The notes below the pieces were generated by a model. It was not told where the DNA came from and did no database searches. It was given only the letters and a program-made list of their open reading frames with translations. The position numbers and the translations under genes are program-made. Shown piece after piece: positions 40,052 to 51,900 of a stretch of 64,000 nt of DNA. Origin of the DNA: Minisyncoccota bacterium (GTDB lineage Bacteria; Patescibacteriota; Minisyncoccia; UBA6257; GWB1-50-10); assembly GCA_020059915.1 (NCBI GenBank), contig JAGVBB010000007.1, forward strand, positions 2,873 through 66,872. The letters are read 5' to 3'. Numbering within the stretch: position 1 is the stretch's first letter; the number at the start of each line of letters is the position of its first letter.

Positions 40052-40780
40052 TTATTTAAAGAATTCCTCTTTGAGGTGTCTCTGTTTTTTTATTGGGACA
40101 TCAGAATCAACGAGTCCGTCTTTGATATGTATTAATCTATGAGCAAACTCTGCGGTGTATGTTTCATGTGTCACTAGAATAATTGTATTTCCTTCTTTGT
40201 GAAGGCTCTGCAATATATCCATAACTTGGGCACCGGACTTTGAATCAAGATTTCCCGTTGGTTCATCAGCAAAAATAACACTTGGATTGTTAACAAGCGC
40301 TCGCGCAATGGCAACCCGTTGCTTTTGTCCCCCAGAAAGTTTTCCTGCCTCTATATATGTTTTTTCTGATATATCAACAGAAGCAATTGCCTGCTCAACA
40401 CGTTTTTTTCTTTTTTCAATTTTCAAATCATATTCATATATAAGTGGGAGCGCAACATTATCGAAAACAGAAATTCGAGAAAGTAAATTGAATGATTGAA
40501 AAATAAATCCCATTTCTTTGTTTCGTATAAGGGCCAAATCCTGGTCAGAAAGATGATCCATGTCTCTTCCTTTAAACACGTACGAGCCACCAGTTGGACG
40601 ATCTAAAAAACTCAATATATGCAACAATGTTGATTTCCCCGATCCCGAAGGACCCATAATTGCAACAAATTCCCCTGGATGAATATCAAAAGAGACCCCA
40701 CGAAGTGCATGCGTTGATCCACCTTCGTCGTAATATAATTTTTCAAGATTCCTAACAGAAATGAGCGGTTTATTTTCCAT
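40052..40780 (-). CDS. ABC transporter ATP-binding protein (MacB/LolD-type)
   Basis: Walker [10 protein letters not shown], signature [15 protein letters not shown], Walker B VIFADEPT. Confidence 0.92.
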   Translation of the reverse strand: MENKPLISVRNLEKLYYDEGGSTHALRGVSFDIHPGEFVAIMGPSGSGKSTLLHILSFLDRPTGGSYVFKGRDMDHLSDQDLALIRNKEMGFIFQSFNLLSRISVFDNVALPLIYEYDLKIEKRKKRVEQAIASVDISEKTYIEAGKLSGGQKQRVAIARALVNNPSVIFADEPTGNLDSKSGAQVMDILQSLHKEGNTIILVTHETYTAEFAHRLIHIKDGLVDSDVPIKKQRHLKEEFFK

Positions 40781-42383
40781 TCTTTATACCAACATTCACA
40801 ATCACGTCTCCCTGATTGAGACCAGAAAGCACCTCAACTTTTCCATTACTATCCCTTACTCCAAGAACAACGGGCGTTTCAACCACAACACTATTCTCCC
40901 ACTTTTTTACAAAAGCCCCAGAATCATTTTCTATGACCGCAAATTGTGGAATGATAAGAACGTTCTCTTTTCGTTCGGTTTCGATATTCAAATTTGCCGT
41001 AAGTCCGCTCCTAATTTTTTCATTTGCTTCATCAAAAGCAATAGTAACTTTAAAATTTACCACACCATCCTTTACTGTTTCTGCTGGATCTATATAACTA
41101 ACTTTTCCAACAAATTTTTCGCCAGGAAATGCATCAAGAACAATCTGCACAATATTTGAAACTTGTATACTACCAATATCAACCTCAGGTATATTCGCCT
41201 CAATTTCTAAATTTCTATCTGAAATAATAGAAACAAGAGGCACATTCGGTGCAACAATTTCTCCAGCTTTTGCATCCTGCTTTGTAACAATCCCCCGTAT
41301 TGGAGAAACGAGTGTTGCCTTCGCTATTTGAGCCAATATAGTTGCAACATTTGCTTCTGCTTGTTTTACCTGAGCATCTTGTGCGGCAATCGCCTGTTGT
41401 GTTGAGCCAGCGCGAGCTAATAGTAATTCATTATTAATACGCTCCACAACAACTTTTTGAGTCGAAATGAGCTGTCTATGATTGGTAATTGCAGACGCTG
41501 CACTATTCACATTAATACGAGCAACACCAAGGTTGGTCTTGAATGAATCAATGGTGGTCTGAGAAATGTTTATTGCAGCATTAACTGCATCAAGGGAACG
41601 AAAGAGAAAATCTCGAATAACAGAAAGATATTCTTCGCTTCTCAATAAAATATTTTCAATATTGGCGATATCAGCAGATTCAGAATTTGTTATTGCCTTT
41701 TTCCAAAGGACAAGCTCTCCACCAACAACTTTTCTGAGTGTTGTTGCATCTATATGAACCTGGGCATCACTGGTAAGAAACGTAAGTTCTGGATTCTCCG
41801 AATCATCGTTCACAAAAATTGTATCTGTTTTTGAGCGCACTGCATCATCTGCCTTTATATATGCGTCATTCACAACATCATTAATGCTTCCATACAGATT
41901 ACTCAAATCCTGCTCAGCTTTTTTTAAATCACTCTCTTTGATTTGAAGTTCCTCAGGACGACTACCACTTTTTAATTCCTCAAGTTTTGCCCGCTGTGCG
42001 TCAACATTTGCTTGTGCTTGTAATAATTGTGCTTGTAATTCACTGATATCGAGATATGCAAGTGCCTGACCGGGACTTACTCTATCTCCAATCTTCACGT
42101 TTACATTTTTTATTTTTCCACCTCGCTCAAAAGCAAGTTCAACATCCTCTGCCGCCTTCACTCGGCCAGTGACAACAACATCTTGTGCAATTACTCCACG
42201 ATCTACAACAAACGTTTCTTGTGGTGCTTGTGTTGCTGGCTTAAAAACAAAACCCAAAATGACGCCCCCAACAACGGCAAGGATTGCCATAACGACGTAC
42301 CATGTCTTTTTTTTCTGTTTTTTTGTTTTGTGTGCCTGTTGATGTATCTCGTTTTTATGCATATTTGATTCGTGTTGGTTCAT
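40770..42383 (-). CDS. efflux periplasmic adaptor (HlyD/MacA family)
   Basis: N-terminal TM anchor, biotinyl-lipoyl-like halves flanking long coiled coil, C-terminal beta-barrel. Confidence 0.8.
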   Translation of the reverse strand: MNQHESNMHKNEIHQQAHKTKKQKKKTWYVVMAILAVVGGVILGFVFKPATQAPQETFVVDRGVIAQDVVVTGRVKAAEDVELAFERGGKIKNVNVKIGDRVSPGQALAYLDISELQAQLLQAQANVDAQRAKLEELKSGSRPEELQIKESDLKKAEQDLSNLYGSINDVVNDAYIKADDAVRSKTDTIFVNDDSENPELTFLTSDAQVHIDATTLRKVVGGELVLWKKAITNSESADIANIENILLRSEEYLSVIRDFLFRSLDAVNAAINISQTTIDSFKTNLGVARINVNSAASAITNHRQLISTQKVVVERINNELLLARAGSTQQAIAAQDAQVKQAEANVATILAQIAKATLVSPIRGIVTKQDAKAGEIVAPNVPLVSIISDRNLEIEANIPEVDIGSIQVSNIVQIVLDAFPGEKFVGKVSYIDPAETVKDGVVNFKVTIAFDEANEKIRSGLTANLNIETERKENVLIIPQFAVIENDSGAFVKKWENSVVVETPVVLGVRDSNGKVEVLSGLNQGDVIVNVGIKNGK

Positions 42384-42387
42384 AGAA

Positions 42388-42714
42388 TTATTTTATTTTT
42401 TTATTATTTATTTCTTTTAATTTTGAAATGTCTTCTTTTAATGTATTTTTTAACTGGTCAATTGCTCCTCGTACATCCTCATGGGTCTTTTCAATACGAA
42501 TTGTTTTCTGTGGCAACTTCATAGTAATTTCTGCATAATAGACATCTCCTTGTTTGTGATGACGTGTCGTTCTCGATAATTCAACAAAAGCGACGATCTC
42601 TCCATGAGCTTCAAACTTTTTAAGCATCCGTTCAACGCTTTTAATCTTAATTTCAGTATATTTTTTTAATGCGTCAGTGATATCAAGGCGCGTACTGCTA
42701 ATTTCTACTCTCAT
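42388..42714 (-). CDS. hpf: ribosome hibernation promoting factor (short HPF/RaiA)
   Basis: 108 aa sigma54-modulation fold: ITDALKKYTEIKI...VELSRTTRHHKQGDVYYAEITMKLP. Confidence 0.85.
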   Translation of the reverse strand: MRVEISSTRLDITDALKKYTEIKIKSVERMLKKFEAHGEIVAFVELSRTTRHHKQGDVYYAEITMKLPQKTIRIEKTHEDVRGAIDQLKNTLKEDISKLKEINNKKIK

Positions 42715-42736
42715 GTATATATTATAATCTAAATAA

Positions 42737-42765
42737 GAAAAAATGCCCTCCTGTAGGGCATTTTA
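42737..42765 (-). terminator. intrinsic terminator downstream of SIMPL gene
   Basis: TGCCCTCCTGTAGGGCA hairpin with T-run on minus strand. Confidence 0.65.
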
Positions 42766-42778
42766 GTATGTTCTTATA

Positions 42779-43522
42779 TTATTTCAAAGAAAACGACGCG
42801 CGTACAACGGAAGTAACCTTTTTTTCAATAGAAGAGGTATCAAAATATCCATAATCAGATACATCTACAGAATTTTGTGGGGTCACTTGAAACACTCCCA
42901 TACTTGCCGATTGTAGAAGATCTATGTTTGCACCAGTTGATTCTGCTATTTTTTCCGCACGAGCCTTTGCATTTTTTGTTGCATCGGCAAGCATCTCAAC
43001 TTTTAGATCTGCAAATTTACTGTAAAAATATTCCAATCCATGCGTTGAAAATAAAATCCCCGATTCAGATAATTTAGCAGGAGCGTCTTGCGCGAGTTTT
43101 GTGATCATTGGAACATTGTTGGATTGAATCTCAATTATCTGCTGGAGAGTGTATCCAACCATTTTACTTCCATATTTTTCAGTAGGTTCATAGTTCTGAT
43201 TCATGATTACTGGTTTTATGGTCAATTCTTTTTCTGTAATTCCTTGAGCCTTCAAATATTCAATGGTAGTCGTAATATCCTTATGTATTAATACATAACC
43301 ATATGCGACACCGTCAATATCAACATTACGAGAAAACCCACTCGTCCACTTCACAACATCCGAGGTAATTAATTTTTCTGCACTTCCCGTTACCGAGATA
43401 GTGTTGGAAAACGTTCTGATTTTGACAAGGGAATACGCTCCAACAAAAACGCTTGCAAGTAACGCACACCCAATGATAGCCGACCCAATAATTAATCCTT
43501 TGTTTGTAATTGTAGTATTCAT
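42779..43522 (-). CDS. SIMPL (DUF541) domain protein, membrane anchored
   Basis: N-terminal TM then SIMPL-like pattern (ISVTGSAEKLITSD ... NAKARAEKIAESTGANI). Confidence 0.7.
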   Translation of the reverse strand: MNTTITNKGLIIGSAIIGCALLASVFVGAYSLVKIRTFSNTISVTGSAEKLITSDVVKWTSGFSRNVDIDGVAYGYVLIHKDITTTIEYLKAQGITEKELTIKPVIMNQNYEPTEKYGSKMVGYTLQQIIEIQSNNVPMITKLAQDAPAKLSESGILFSTHGLEYFYSKFADLKVEMLADATKNAKARAEKIAESTGANIDLLQSASMGVFQVTPQNSVDVSDYGYFDTSSIEKKVTSVVRASFSLK

Positions 43523-43536
43523 AATATAATTATTTT

Positions 43537-44181
43537 TTATTCTCCTTCACGACAAAGGAGTACTAACGCATTATTTTCTAATATATAAAAACTTGTGGTA
43601 AGTGTATTTTTTTCTTCTTTGGTTACATAATCGGGAATATTTTCTCTTGGGTTAACAATGAATAGTTTGCTATCCCTTTTCGTAGAAACCCCATATTGAG
43701 AAGCAATTCCAAATACTAATATATCCCCCGTCTTCATATCAATGATTGCATTTTCCTGACATGAAGTACCGCACCCCCAACTTGCAACGGTATAGTGTCC
43801 GGAGAAATTTGGACCACCCGCCACCGCACTTTGAATTGCTGTTTTGAATTTTTTTGAATCTGGATAAGAATCAAAATTGACAGGAACAACATCTTCAAAA
43901 ACCTCAGTGATTCGATACTTATTAAAAACATATGAATCACACAATCCTTTTTTTCCAATATCCCCCTTTTGTATTCCTGCAATATCAACAATAAATTGAT
44001 CTTTAGAGACCTCGCAACGTTTTGGGACTGAATTAATAACTGGTTTTCCAGCAAGAACGCATTCCTCAAAATTGCGTATAAGAACCGGCTTGTTCTGATA
44101 CTCAATACCTAAAAATGCCAAAATACCAATAAATACAAGTACAAACACCCACGATATTAATCTTTTCGTCGCGATTTTCAT
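43537..44181 (-). CDS. hypothetical membrane-anchored/secreted protein with 6 Cys
   Basis: N-terminal TM/signal, soluble Cys-containing domain; no motif recognised. Confidence 0.5.
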   Translation of the reverse strand: MKIATKRLISWVFVLVFIGILAFLGIEYQNKPVLIRNFEECVLAGKPVINSVPKRCEVSKDQFIVDIAGIQKGDIGKKGLCDSYVFNKYRITEVFEDVVPVNFDSYPDSKKFKTAIQSAVAGGPNFSGHYTVASWGCGTSCQENAIIDMKTGDILVFGIASQYGVSTKRDSKLFIVNPRENIPDYVTKEEKNTLTTSFYILENNALVLLCREGE

Positions 44182-44216
44182 GTATCTCTAATATACTACT
44201 TCAGTATATCACGAAT

Positions 44217-44915
44217 TTATGCACCCATCATTCTTCTTCTTCGTGAAAATTCGCGAAATGCATCCGAAAGTTCTTTTTCCGAAAATGCTGGCCAAAACGT
44301 TTTAGTAAAATAAAACTCACTATTTGCAGTAAGCCACATCATAAATCCAGCAGACCAATGAGGATCTCCCCCGGTTCGTATGACAAGATCAACGGGAGGA
44401 AGATTGTTTGTCCATAAGGATTTAGTGATTGTGTCCTCACAAACAGGGCCTTTTTTGTTCTTTACCTTCTTTATTACCTCAACCATCTCCTTCCTTCCAT
44501 CATATCCCAAAAGAACAGTGAGTGTTTTTCCTTTGTTATATTTTGTTTTTTTCTCAAGCTCTCTCGCAATCGTATTGAGCTTCTTATCTTTTAATAATTC
44601 GCGAAATCTTCCACGAACACACACACGTGTATCATATTTTCTTAACTCTTTTGAGTGTAGTAGCTTTGAAAGTGTTTTTATAAATACCTTAGTAAGAGCA
44701 GATATTTCTTCTGGTGATCTTTTTGTTAAATTGTCTTCAGACGCTCCCCAAATAGTGAAATATTGAACACCGGCATCAAACGATGCTCGCAATATTCTCT
44801 CTGTGGTATGAGCTCCCTCAAAATGACCAAAAAATGCTTTTTTATTGCGCGACGTTGCCCATCTTCGATTGCCATCGGGTATAATCGCAATATGATTTGG
44901 GATAAAAGTCTCCAT
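44217..44915 (-). CDS. uppS: isoprenyl transferase (undecaprenyl diphosphate synthase)
   Basis: IPNHIAIIPDGNRRWA catalytic motif and cis-prenyltransferase core. Confidence 0.92.
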   Translation of the reverse strand: METFIPNHIAIIPDGNRRWATSRNKKAFFGHFEGAHTTERILRASFDAGVQYFTIWGASEDNLTKRSPEEISALTKVFIKTLSKLLHSKELRKYDTRVCVRGRFRELLKDKKLNTIARELEKKTKYNKGKTLTVLLGYDGRKEMVEVIKKVKNKKGPVCEDTITKSLWTNNLPPVDLVIRTGGDPHWSAGFMMWLTANSEFYFTKTFWPAFSEKELSDAFREFSRRRRMMGA

Positions 44916-44956
44916 GTGAGATTAATTGTACTAAAGTGTATTATTCCAGGCAAAAA

Positions 44957-46798
44957 CTAGATATTATTGCTAACCGTTTTTTGTTCCCGCTCCATCTTTC
45001 TTCTATCATTTTCTGTGAGGTATATTTTTCTTATTCTCACATTTTTTGGAGTAATTTCAACTAACTCATCATCACCAATATAGTCCAATGCATCTTCAAG
45101 AGACATTTCCTTTGGTACATCAAGCGTTTCCTGAATTCCAAAGTTTTTTGTACGAAAATTGGTAAGTTCTTTTGTCTTTACCACATTCACTATTACATCT
45201 CCAGACTTTGCATTCTGCCCAACAACCATTCCTTCATACACTGCAACTCCAGGGCCAATAAACAGAGACCCTCGCCCTTGGGCAATGATCAATCCATAAC
45301 TATTTGATTCTCCTGTTTCTGAAACAACAATTGACCCATGGGTATCTGGTGGAAGATCACCTTTGTATTCTTCATATCCCAAAAATAAGGAGTTCATAAT
45401 TCCTTGCCCCTTTGTTGCTGTTAAAAATGCGTTCCGTATACCAATAAGGCCACGAGTGGGAATAGTAAAATCAAGATGTGCAACACCACGATCAACGCGC
45501 ATATCTTTCATAACTCCAAGTCTCCTTCCCATCATTTCAATCACCGTACCAGAAAACTGTTCCGGTACTTCAAAAGAAACTAATTCAACTGGTTCTTTCT
45601 TTCTTCCTTCTTCTTCTCTAAAAATTACCTGTGGTTTTGATACTTCAAGTTCGTATCCTTCTCTTCGCATTTTTTCTATAAGAATAGAAAGATGGAGCTC
45701 CCCACGTCCTGCAACAACAAATTTATCAGGTGACTCTGTCTGTGCTACAGAAAGTGCAACATCAGTTTCAAGTTCGCGCATAAGACGCTCTCTAAGATTT
45801 CGAGATGTTGTATATTCTCCTTCGCGTCCCATAAATGGCGAAGTATTAACCCCAAACATCATTTTAATAGTTGGTTCATCAATCTGAATGCGTGGGAGAG
45901 CAAGTGGTTTTTCTATATCAGTGATTGTTTCACCGATAGAAACATTTTCAATTCCAGAAATAGCAACAATTTCACCAACTGTTGCCTCGTCTACATCAAC
46001 TCGTTTCAATCCTTCAAATAACATCACTGAACTCAATGTTGTCTGTTTTTGATTGCCATTTCTATCTATATGTAGGACACGTGCTCCCTTTTTAAGGGTT
46101 CCTGCATACAATCTTCCCACGGCTATCTTTCCTTTATAGTTGTCATATACCAGATTTACTGTGAGCATCTGGAGTGGTGTTTCCTCGTGAATCTGGGGAC
46201 CAGGAATATATTTCACAATTGCATGAAAAAGTGGTTCAACGCCCGTCATTTCAGATAGGTCTGGTGTAAGTCCCGCCTTACCTTGTACTCCAACGGCATA
46301 AATAACAGGAAAATTTGCCTGATCATCCGATGCACCAAGCTCAATGAATAAATCAAATGTCTGATCGAGCGCCCACATTGGACGCGCCCCTTCTTTGTCA
46401 ATTTTATTAACAACTACAATTACTTTATGCCCCGCCTGAATTGCTTTACGAAGAACGAATTTTGTTTGTGGCATCGGACCTTCCTTCGCATCAACAAGAA
46501 GAAGCACCCCATCTACCATGCGCATAATACGCTCAACTTCTCCCCCAAAATCCGCGTGTCCAGGAGTATCAACAATATTTATTTTTATTCCCTTATAGTG
46601 AATTGATGCGTTTTTGGAAAAAATGGTGATTCCTCGTTCTCGTTCAAGTTCATTGGAATCCATAATAAGCTCTTTAACATCGTCTGTTTTGAGCTTGAAA
46701 CTCTCCGATTGTTTTAATAGCGCGTCAACAAGCGTTGTCTTCCCATGATCAACGTGTGCAATAATCGCAATGTTTCTGATATCTTCTCTAATTTGCAT
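44957..46798 (-). CDS. typA: translational GTPase TypA/BipA
   Basis: G1 [10 protein letters not shown]3 DTPGHADF, G4 NKID; EF-G-like domains and BipA C-terminal domain. Confidence 0.95.
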   Translation of the reverse strand: MQIREDIRNIAIIAHVDHGKTTLVDALLKQSESFKLKTDDVKELIMDSNELERERGITIFSKNASIHYKGIKINIVDTPGHADFGGEVERIMRMVDGVLLLVDAKEGPMPQTKFVLRKAIQAGHKVIVVVNKIDKEGARPMWALDQTFDLFIELGASDDQANFPVIYAVGVQGKAGLTPDLSEMTGVEPLFHAIVKYIPGPQIHEETPLQMLTVNLVYDNYKGKIAVGRLYAGTLKKGARVLHIDRNGNQKQTTLSSVMLFEGLKRVDVDEATVGEIVAISGIENVSIGETITDIEKPLALPRIQIDEPTIKMMFGVNTSPFMGREGEYTTSRNLRERLMRELETDVALSVAQTESPDKFVVAGRGELHLSILIEKMRREGYELEVSKPQVIFREEEGRKKEPVELVSFEVPEQFSGTVIEMMGRRLGVMKDMRVDRGVAHLDFTIPTRGLIGIRNAFLTATKGQGIMNSLFLGYEEYKGDLPPDTHGSIVVSETGESNSYGLIIAQGRGSLFIGPGVAVYEGMVVGQNAKSGDVIVNVVKTKELTNFRTKNFGIQETLDVPKEMSLEDALDYIGDDELVEITPKNVRIRKIYLTENDRRKMEREQKTVSNNI

Positions 46799-46866
46799 AA
46801 AAAATACCTCTCCCGAGGTTTCATTAGAATACTAAAAAATCATAGTAATGTCAAAAATATCGTACA

Positions 46867-47631
46867 TTAAAACAGAAAAAGGAAGAATATAATTGCAACA
46901 ACAATTCTATATATTCCAAATCCAGTAAACGTATTGTTTTGAATAAATTTTATCAGCCATCGTATTGCAAAAATCGCCACAACAAACGAGGTTATAAATC
47001 CAACGATAAGTGGTAGTATGGTGTCCCCAGATATAACACTCCCATTTTTTAATACATCATATCCAACCGCAGCAACCATAGTGGGGACCGCCAAAAGAAA
47101 CGAGAACTCAACAATCTCTGTTCGTTTAACGCCAAGTAGGAGTCCACCAATAATCGTTGCACCAGAACGCGAAACGCCAGGAATTACCGCAAATGCCTGT
47201 GCGACTCCAATAAAGAATGCCTGCTTATAAGATATATTACCCACGCCCCTTTCATCATTTTTTGATTTTACATATTCAACAATAATAAAAAGCAAACCGA
47301 CAACACCAAGCGCCCATAACACTACAGAAACATTTCCAATTAAGTATTGTTTTATAAATTTATATAAAAAAAGTCCTACTATAGAGGTGGGAATAAACGC
47401 AACAATTATTTTTTTGATTGTATCCCAGTCAGTTGTTAACCGTTTGAAGTATAAAACAACAACTGCCATTATAGCTCCTAGTTGTATAAATATTTCAAAC
47501 GTTTTAACAAACTCCGTTTGAGATATTTTTAATATTGAGGATGCGAGAATCAAATGTCCCGTAGACGAAATGGGGAGAAACTCAGTAATTCCTTCGACAA
47601 TACCCAAGAAAAATGAATGAAATAAATCCAT
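46867..47631 (-). CDS. uppP: undecaprenyl-diphosphatase
   Basis: BacA family motifs PISSTGHL and GVSRSGATI. Confidence 0.9.
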   Translation of the reverse strand: MDLFHSFFLGIVEGITEFLPISSTGHLILASSILKISQTEFVKTFEIFIQLGAIMAVVVLYFKRLTTDWDTIKKIIVAFIPTSIVGLFLYKFIKQYLIGNVSVVLWALGVVGLLFIIVEYVKSKNDERGVGNISYKQAFFIGVAQAFAVIPGVSRSGATIIGGLLLGVKRTEIVEFSFLLAVPTMVAAVGYDVLKNGSVISGDTILPLIVGFITSFVVAIFAIRWLIKFIQNNTFTGFGIYRIVVAIIFFLFLF

Positions 47632-47635
47632 AATC

Positions 47636-48181
47636 CTACTCCTTCTTTTTTGTTTTTATTGTTCTTGGTTTTGATATCTTCTTTTCAACCTCTTTTTCTT
47701 TCTTCAATCTCGTAATTTTTGGTTTTGTCTTCTTTATTCTTTCTTTTGTATTCTTTACATCACCATCTTGGTTTTGCGTTGCTTGATTCCCAAAACGCTC
47801 CTCAAGTACAGCATTTTCAATATTCATAAACCAAATAAAGATAATAATACCCAAAAGAGTGGTGATCCAAACCCAAACCATAGGAAACAAAATAGATAAA
47901 CCAACAAATAGACATATATCACCGACATACATGGGATGCTTCATCTTTTTATAGATACCACTAGTTACAACCCCAGATGTTGCATACGAATTTTTATAGG
48001 CCTCTCGATGAACAAAAAACGATAGACACACTACTGAAAACCAATACACAGCACAAACAACAAAAATAATTTTTGATACTATGTGTGGAATGTATAAATA
48101 CTCATGATCAAAAAGAAAAAATGATGATATACCGATAAGTATAATAAGCGACCACATTGTTTTGGGACTAATAATATTCAT
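47636..48181 (-). CDS. isoprenylcysteine carboxyl methyltransferase (ICMT/PEMT) family membrane methyltransferase with Lys-rich tail
   Basis: 4 TM helices, GVVTSGIYKKMKHPMYVG and C-terminal ERFG motif; about 40 aa K-rich C-terminal tail. Confidence 0.7.
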   Translation of the reverse strand: MNIISPKTMWSLIILIGISSFFLFDHEYLYIPHIVSKIIFVVCAVYWFSVVCLSFFVHREAYKNSYATSGVVTSGIYKKMKHPMYVGDICLFVGLSILFPMVWVWITTLLGIIIFIWFMNIENAVLEERFGNQATQNQDGDVKNTKERIKKTKPKITRLKKEKEVEKKISKPRTIKTKKKE

Positions 48182-48189
48182 AGATTATG

Positions 48190-48714
48190 TTATTGTTTTC
48201 TAAATTTTTCTATATCTTTTATTGCCTTTTGAAGAATTGATTCAACGTCTTCTAATGTTACCGATCTCCCCCCCTTCTTTTCTTGAATTTCTTCCACATC
48301 TTCCGATATCTCCTCCACGTCCTCGGAAATTTCTTCCACGTCCTCTTGGATTTCTTCTATGTCCTCTGAAATTTCTTCCACATCTTCGGAAAGCTCTTCC
48401 ACATCCTCTTGGATTTCTTCTATATCTTCCTCCACATCTTCCAAGCTATCCGCGTGTCGATTTACCGTCATTTGGATAAATATCGAAAGATAGATTGCCT
48501 CTAAAGAAACAATGGTTGTCAAAACAAGAAGCACCTTGTCTGCTTCAACGCCAACAAAAATAAGCAAAAATGAAGCAAAAAAAAGAATTGTATGAACAAT
48601 AAGTGACGACGTGGAACCAACCCACGTAGTTATTTTTTCAGAAAAACTCTCCCATAAATCATCCCTCCGTTTTTGTTTTTCTTCCTTCTTTTTTTTTGCT
48701 TCACTGTTCGTCAT
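48190..48714 (-). CDS. DUF1003 domain membrane protein with acidic 9-aa tandem repeats
   Basis: DUF1003-like core (two TM, LSIFIQMTVNRH) followed by about 8 copies of EDVEEIxED. Confidence 0.7.
   Translation of the reverse strand: MTNSEAKKKKEEKQKRRDDLWESFSEKITTWVGSTSSLIVHTILFFASFLLIFVGVEADKVLLVLTTIVSLEAIYLSIFIQMTVNRHADSLEDVEEDIEEIQEDVEELSEDVEEISEDIEEIQEDVEEISEDVEEISEDVEEIQEKKGGRSVTLEDVESILQKAIKDIEKFRKQ
48285..48450. repeat. 27-nt tandem repeat array (coding, acidic repeats of DUF1003 protein)
   Basis: repeating TCTTCCACATCTTCGGAAA-like units visible in sequence. Confidence 0.7.
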
Positions 48715-48718
48715 ATGA

Positions 48719-48958
48719 TTACAATTCTTTTTCTGGTGAATGTGGCAGTTTTGGAACTACAAGCATAGCAATAATATAAGCAACTATACAAGGAAGAAAT
48801 CCACTAATAGCGGTAAGTAACACATACCCCAAACGCAAAATAACAGGATCAATATCAAAATATTCCCCTATTCCACCAATAATTCCTGCGACAACCTTAT
48901 TCTTATTGCTCCTATATAAACGTCTGATCATATATCTATTATATGGTATCACAAACAT
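48719..48958 (-). CDS. PspC domain protein
   Basis: VVAGIIGGIGEYFDIDPVILRLGYVLLT PspC motif plus TM. Confidence 0.8.
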   Translation of the reverse strand: MFVIPYNRYMIRRLYRSNKNKVVAGIIGGIGEYFDIDPVILRLGYVLLTAISGFLPCIVAYIIAMLVVPKLPHSPEKEL

Positions 48959-48975
48959 ATTTCTTGTGCATAAAA

Positions 48976-51900
48976 TTATATAGATCCATTAATTAAGTCA
49001 TCACCAAAAGTAATAATACCTTTTAGATTTTTCTCATAATGAGATATATCGGGAAAATCCAAAGAAGTAACCTTTTTATACACCGCACCAATAAGTAGCG
49101 TCATTCGTTCTATGTCTTCTTTTGTTGGATCATACGGAAGCAAAATGCGCCTTCCCCCATCAATGATTCCCTCAACAAATTCTAGAACAAGTGAATGAAC
49201 GGGGTGTGCATTCTTTTCTGAATTTTCAAGAAGTAATTTATAAAAAATAAGTTGCTGTTTGTATTTATATAATTTTATTTTTTCGTGCTCACTCAGCTTT
49301 CCATCCCACGCATTATATGCTCTCCCCGTCTTAAAATCTGTAACACGGAGACCCCCGTCAATCGCATCAAGTAAATCTATCCTTCCCGTAACTGGCGCAC
49401 CACCAATAACTATCCCACCGATGCTAACCTGTGTCTCTCCATGTTCAGAACATAATTCGCGTTGCGTATAATATTCGGAAAGAACACGTTCTCCGCGTGC
49501 TCTCTGACGCTTTAATTCCACCTCAGGAAGACGCCCCCGAGAAAGCTCTTTATTAAAGACGCCAAGAATATGAACAAGTTCAGGGAATATTCCATTAAAT
49601 TTCCTGAATCGTATCAGTTCGGTTAATGAGCTATCAATTGCGGAACCAAAAACACTGGAAGCACTTTTTGGTTGAGGAAAACGAAGTAAATCCTGTTCAA
49701 TAAAAAATAGTGGTCCCCCATCAACCACATTTATAAAATTATTTAAGTGGGTAATAGAAAGTTTATAATCCCCAACTACACGAGAAAGAACTGTGCGCTC
49801 TTCTTCTTTATACGGACCGGAAATAAGGTTGAGAGTATTTTCATATGCAATGATATCCTGCTCATCAAGATTGTTGGAGTTTATTTCTGATATTTCTTCT
49901 TTTTTTTGATTAAGGTATCTCAATAATGTGTTATGACCAGAAATAAAAAGTATCTGTTTTGCTCGTGTTATAGCAACATAAAATAAACGAATAAAATCAT
50001 CCTCGTCATCTCCTGCTGGAGTAATGAGCGGAACTAATGGGGCAGGGATTGTTGCAATATTCATTTTCCCCCTTTTTGTCCAAACAGTGTCGTCTGATCC
50101 AATAATAAATACCGCATCAAATTCGAGTCCTTTTGCTCCATGAGCAGTCATGAGCTTAACTGAATGCTTCGATTGCACCACGGGAGACTCACATATAAGT
50201 GAAATTCTTTCGGTTTTGTGCAATGAAACAAATTTCTCAACATCACGAGCAAATAATGGTTCACCCTCACGCCATTCTCGTAACGCACCAATAAATGTTT
50301 TGAGTGATGCAAGAAAATTCACATATAATATTGGTTGTTTGCGCATTATCTCTTTACTAAAATAGTGATCACGAAAACCAGATTCATGTATGTATGTATT
50401 AATAAGGTGTTCAAGCGGTAATGTTTCCGCGTGTGCCCCAATATCAACAAGAATCTTGAAAACATCATGGATGCGCGCATCATGTTCATGATTCAAAATG
50501 AATTCCGCCCATGATATATGTAGATCTTTTGATTTAACCGCAATATTAAAAATTGTACTACGAGGAATACCAAAATATGGAAATGAAAGAATAATGGGTA
50601 ATAAATCATCTCTTCGGGATCCAGAGTTTGCTATGGACGCAACATAATTACATATATGTATAAGTTCTTGTATGTGTGGCTCATCAAACACATTTGATCT
50701 CTTTGTATATTCATAATGAATTTTCTCACGATCAAGATATGGCAACATTTCAGATAATACAGCATGTTTGCGCGCAATAACCGCAATTTCATTCGGATCT
50801 TTTCCAGAATCAATAAGTTTCTTTATCTCCCCTGTTACCACGGCGTATTCCTCTGTATCGGAACTGAATTGATTAACGATAACCTCACTATGAGTAATAT
50901 GTTCATTCCCCTGTGAAAGTTTTTTAGTAATGTCTTCGAAATTTCCTTCAAGTCTGTTTTTTCCTTGGATCACAATATCTCTTGCATAATCCAATATTCG
51001 TTGATGTGATCGATAGTTCTTATCCAATACAATAACGCGCACATTCTTATATGTTTTTCTAAAATCATTAATATTGGAAACTTCCGCACCCTGAAACTTA
51101 TAGATTGCCTGATCGTCGTCGCCAACGGTCATAACATTTGGTTGCCCATTATGTATCTCGTGAGAGGTAATTGCGCGAACCAATCTCATTTGTGCCTCAT
51201 TAGTATCTTGAAATTCATCTATGAGTATATATTGGTATTGTTCTTCAAGTTCGTTTCGAATAATACTATCTGTCTCCAGGGTGTGGGTAACTTCAATAAT
51301 AAGATCGTCATAATCATACATGCCTCGCGCATGAAGCGCCTTGGTGTAATTCTGATAAAATTCTGCAACGGCGCGCATAACGTGAACACGTTTTGAGTCT
51401 TTTAAAACAACAACATCATGTTCGTCTTTTTCTGTATATTTTTTTTTCCAATTTCCTACTGCTTCCATTTTTCCCAACTCTCTCGCACTATCAATTGCAA
51501 TTTCTAGCGTTTTCGAGAGATATGCACCATACGTATTTCCTAATCGCAAAAGATCCTGCTGAATCCTTACAACATCCTCAATCTGTTTTATGGCGAGTCG
51601 TTCTGGCCAATTACATAAAACGGTGTGTATAACGTTGTGCTCAGCAATGAGCGCCTCAACAAGTTTTATATATTCATCGGGAGCGAATCCTCCATTCTTT
51701 ATGTGTTTTATGCGCTCAAGAATAGAGCCCCTATATACATACCCAAGTTCTGGATGTTGGGACGCAAGTGGATGCCCATGTGGTAGGGCATTAAATAATT
51801 CATCAATAATCTCAACCCGATCAAGATCTCCTGCAAGAGAATATGATGTAGAGTTATAAAAATATTCTGGATATCTACTTATTATGGAATTGCAGAATGC

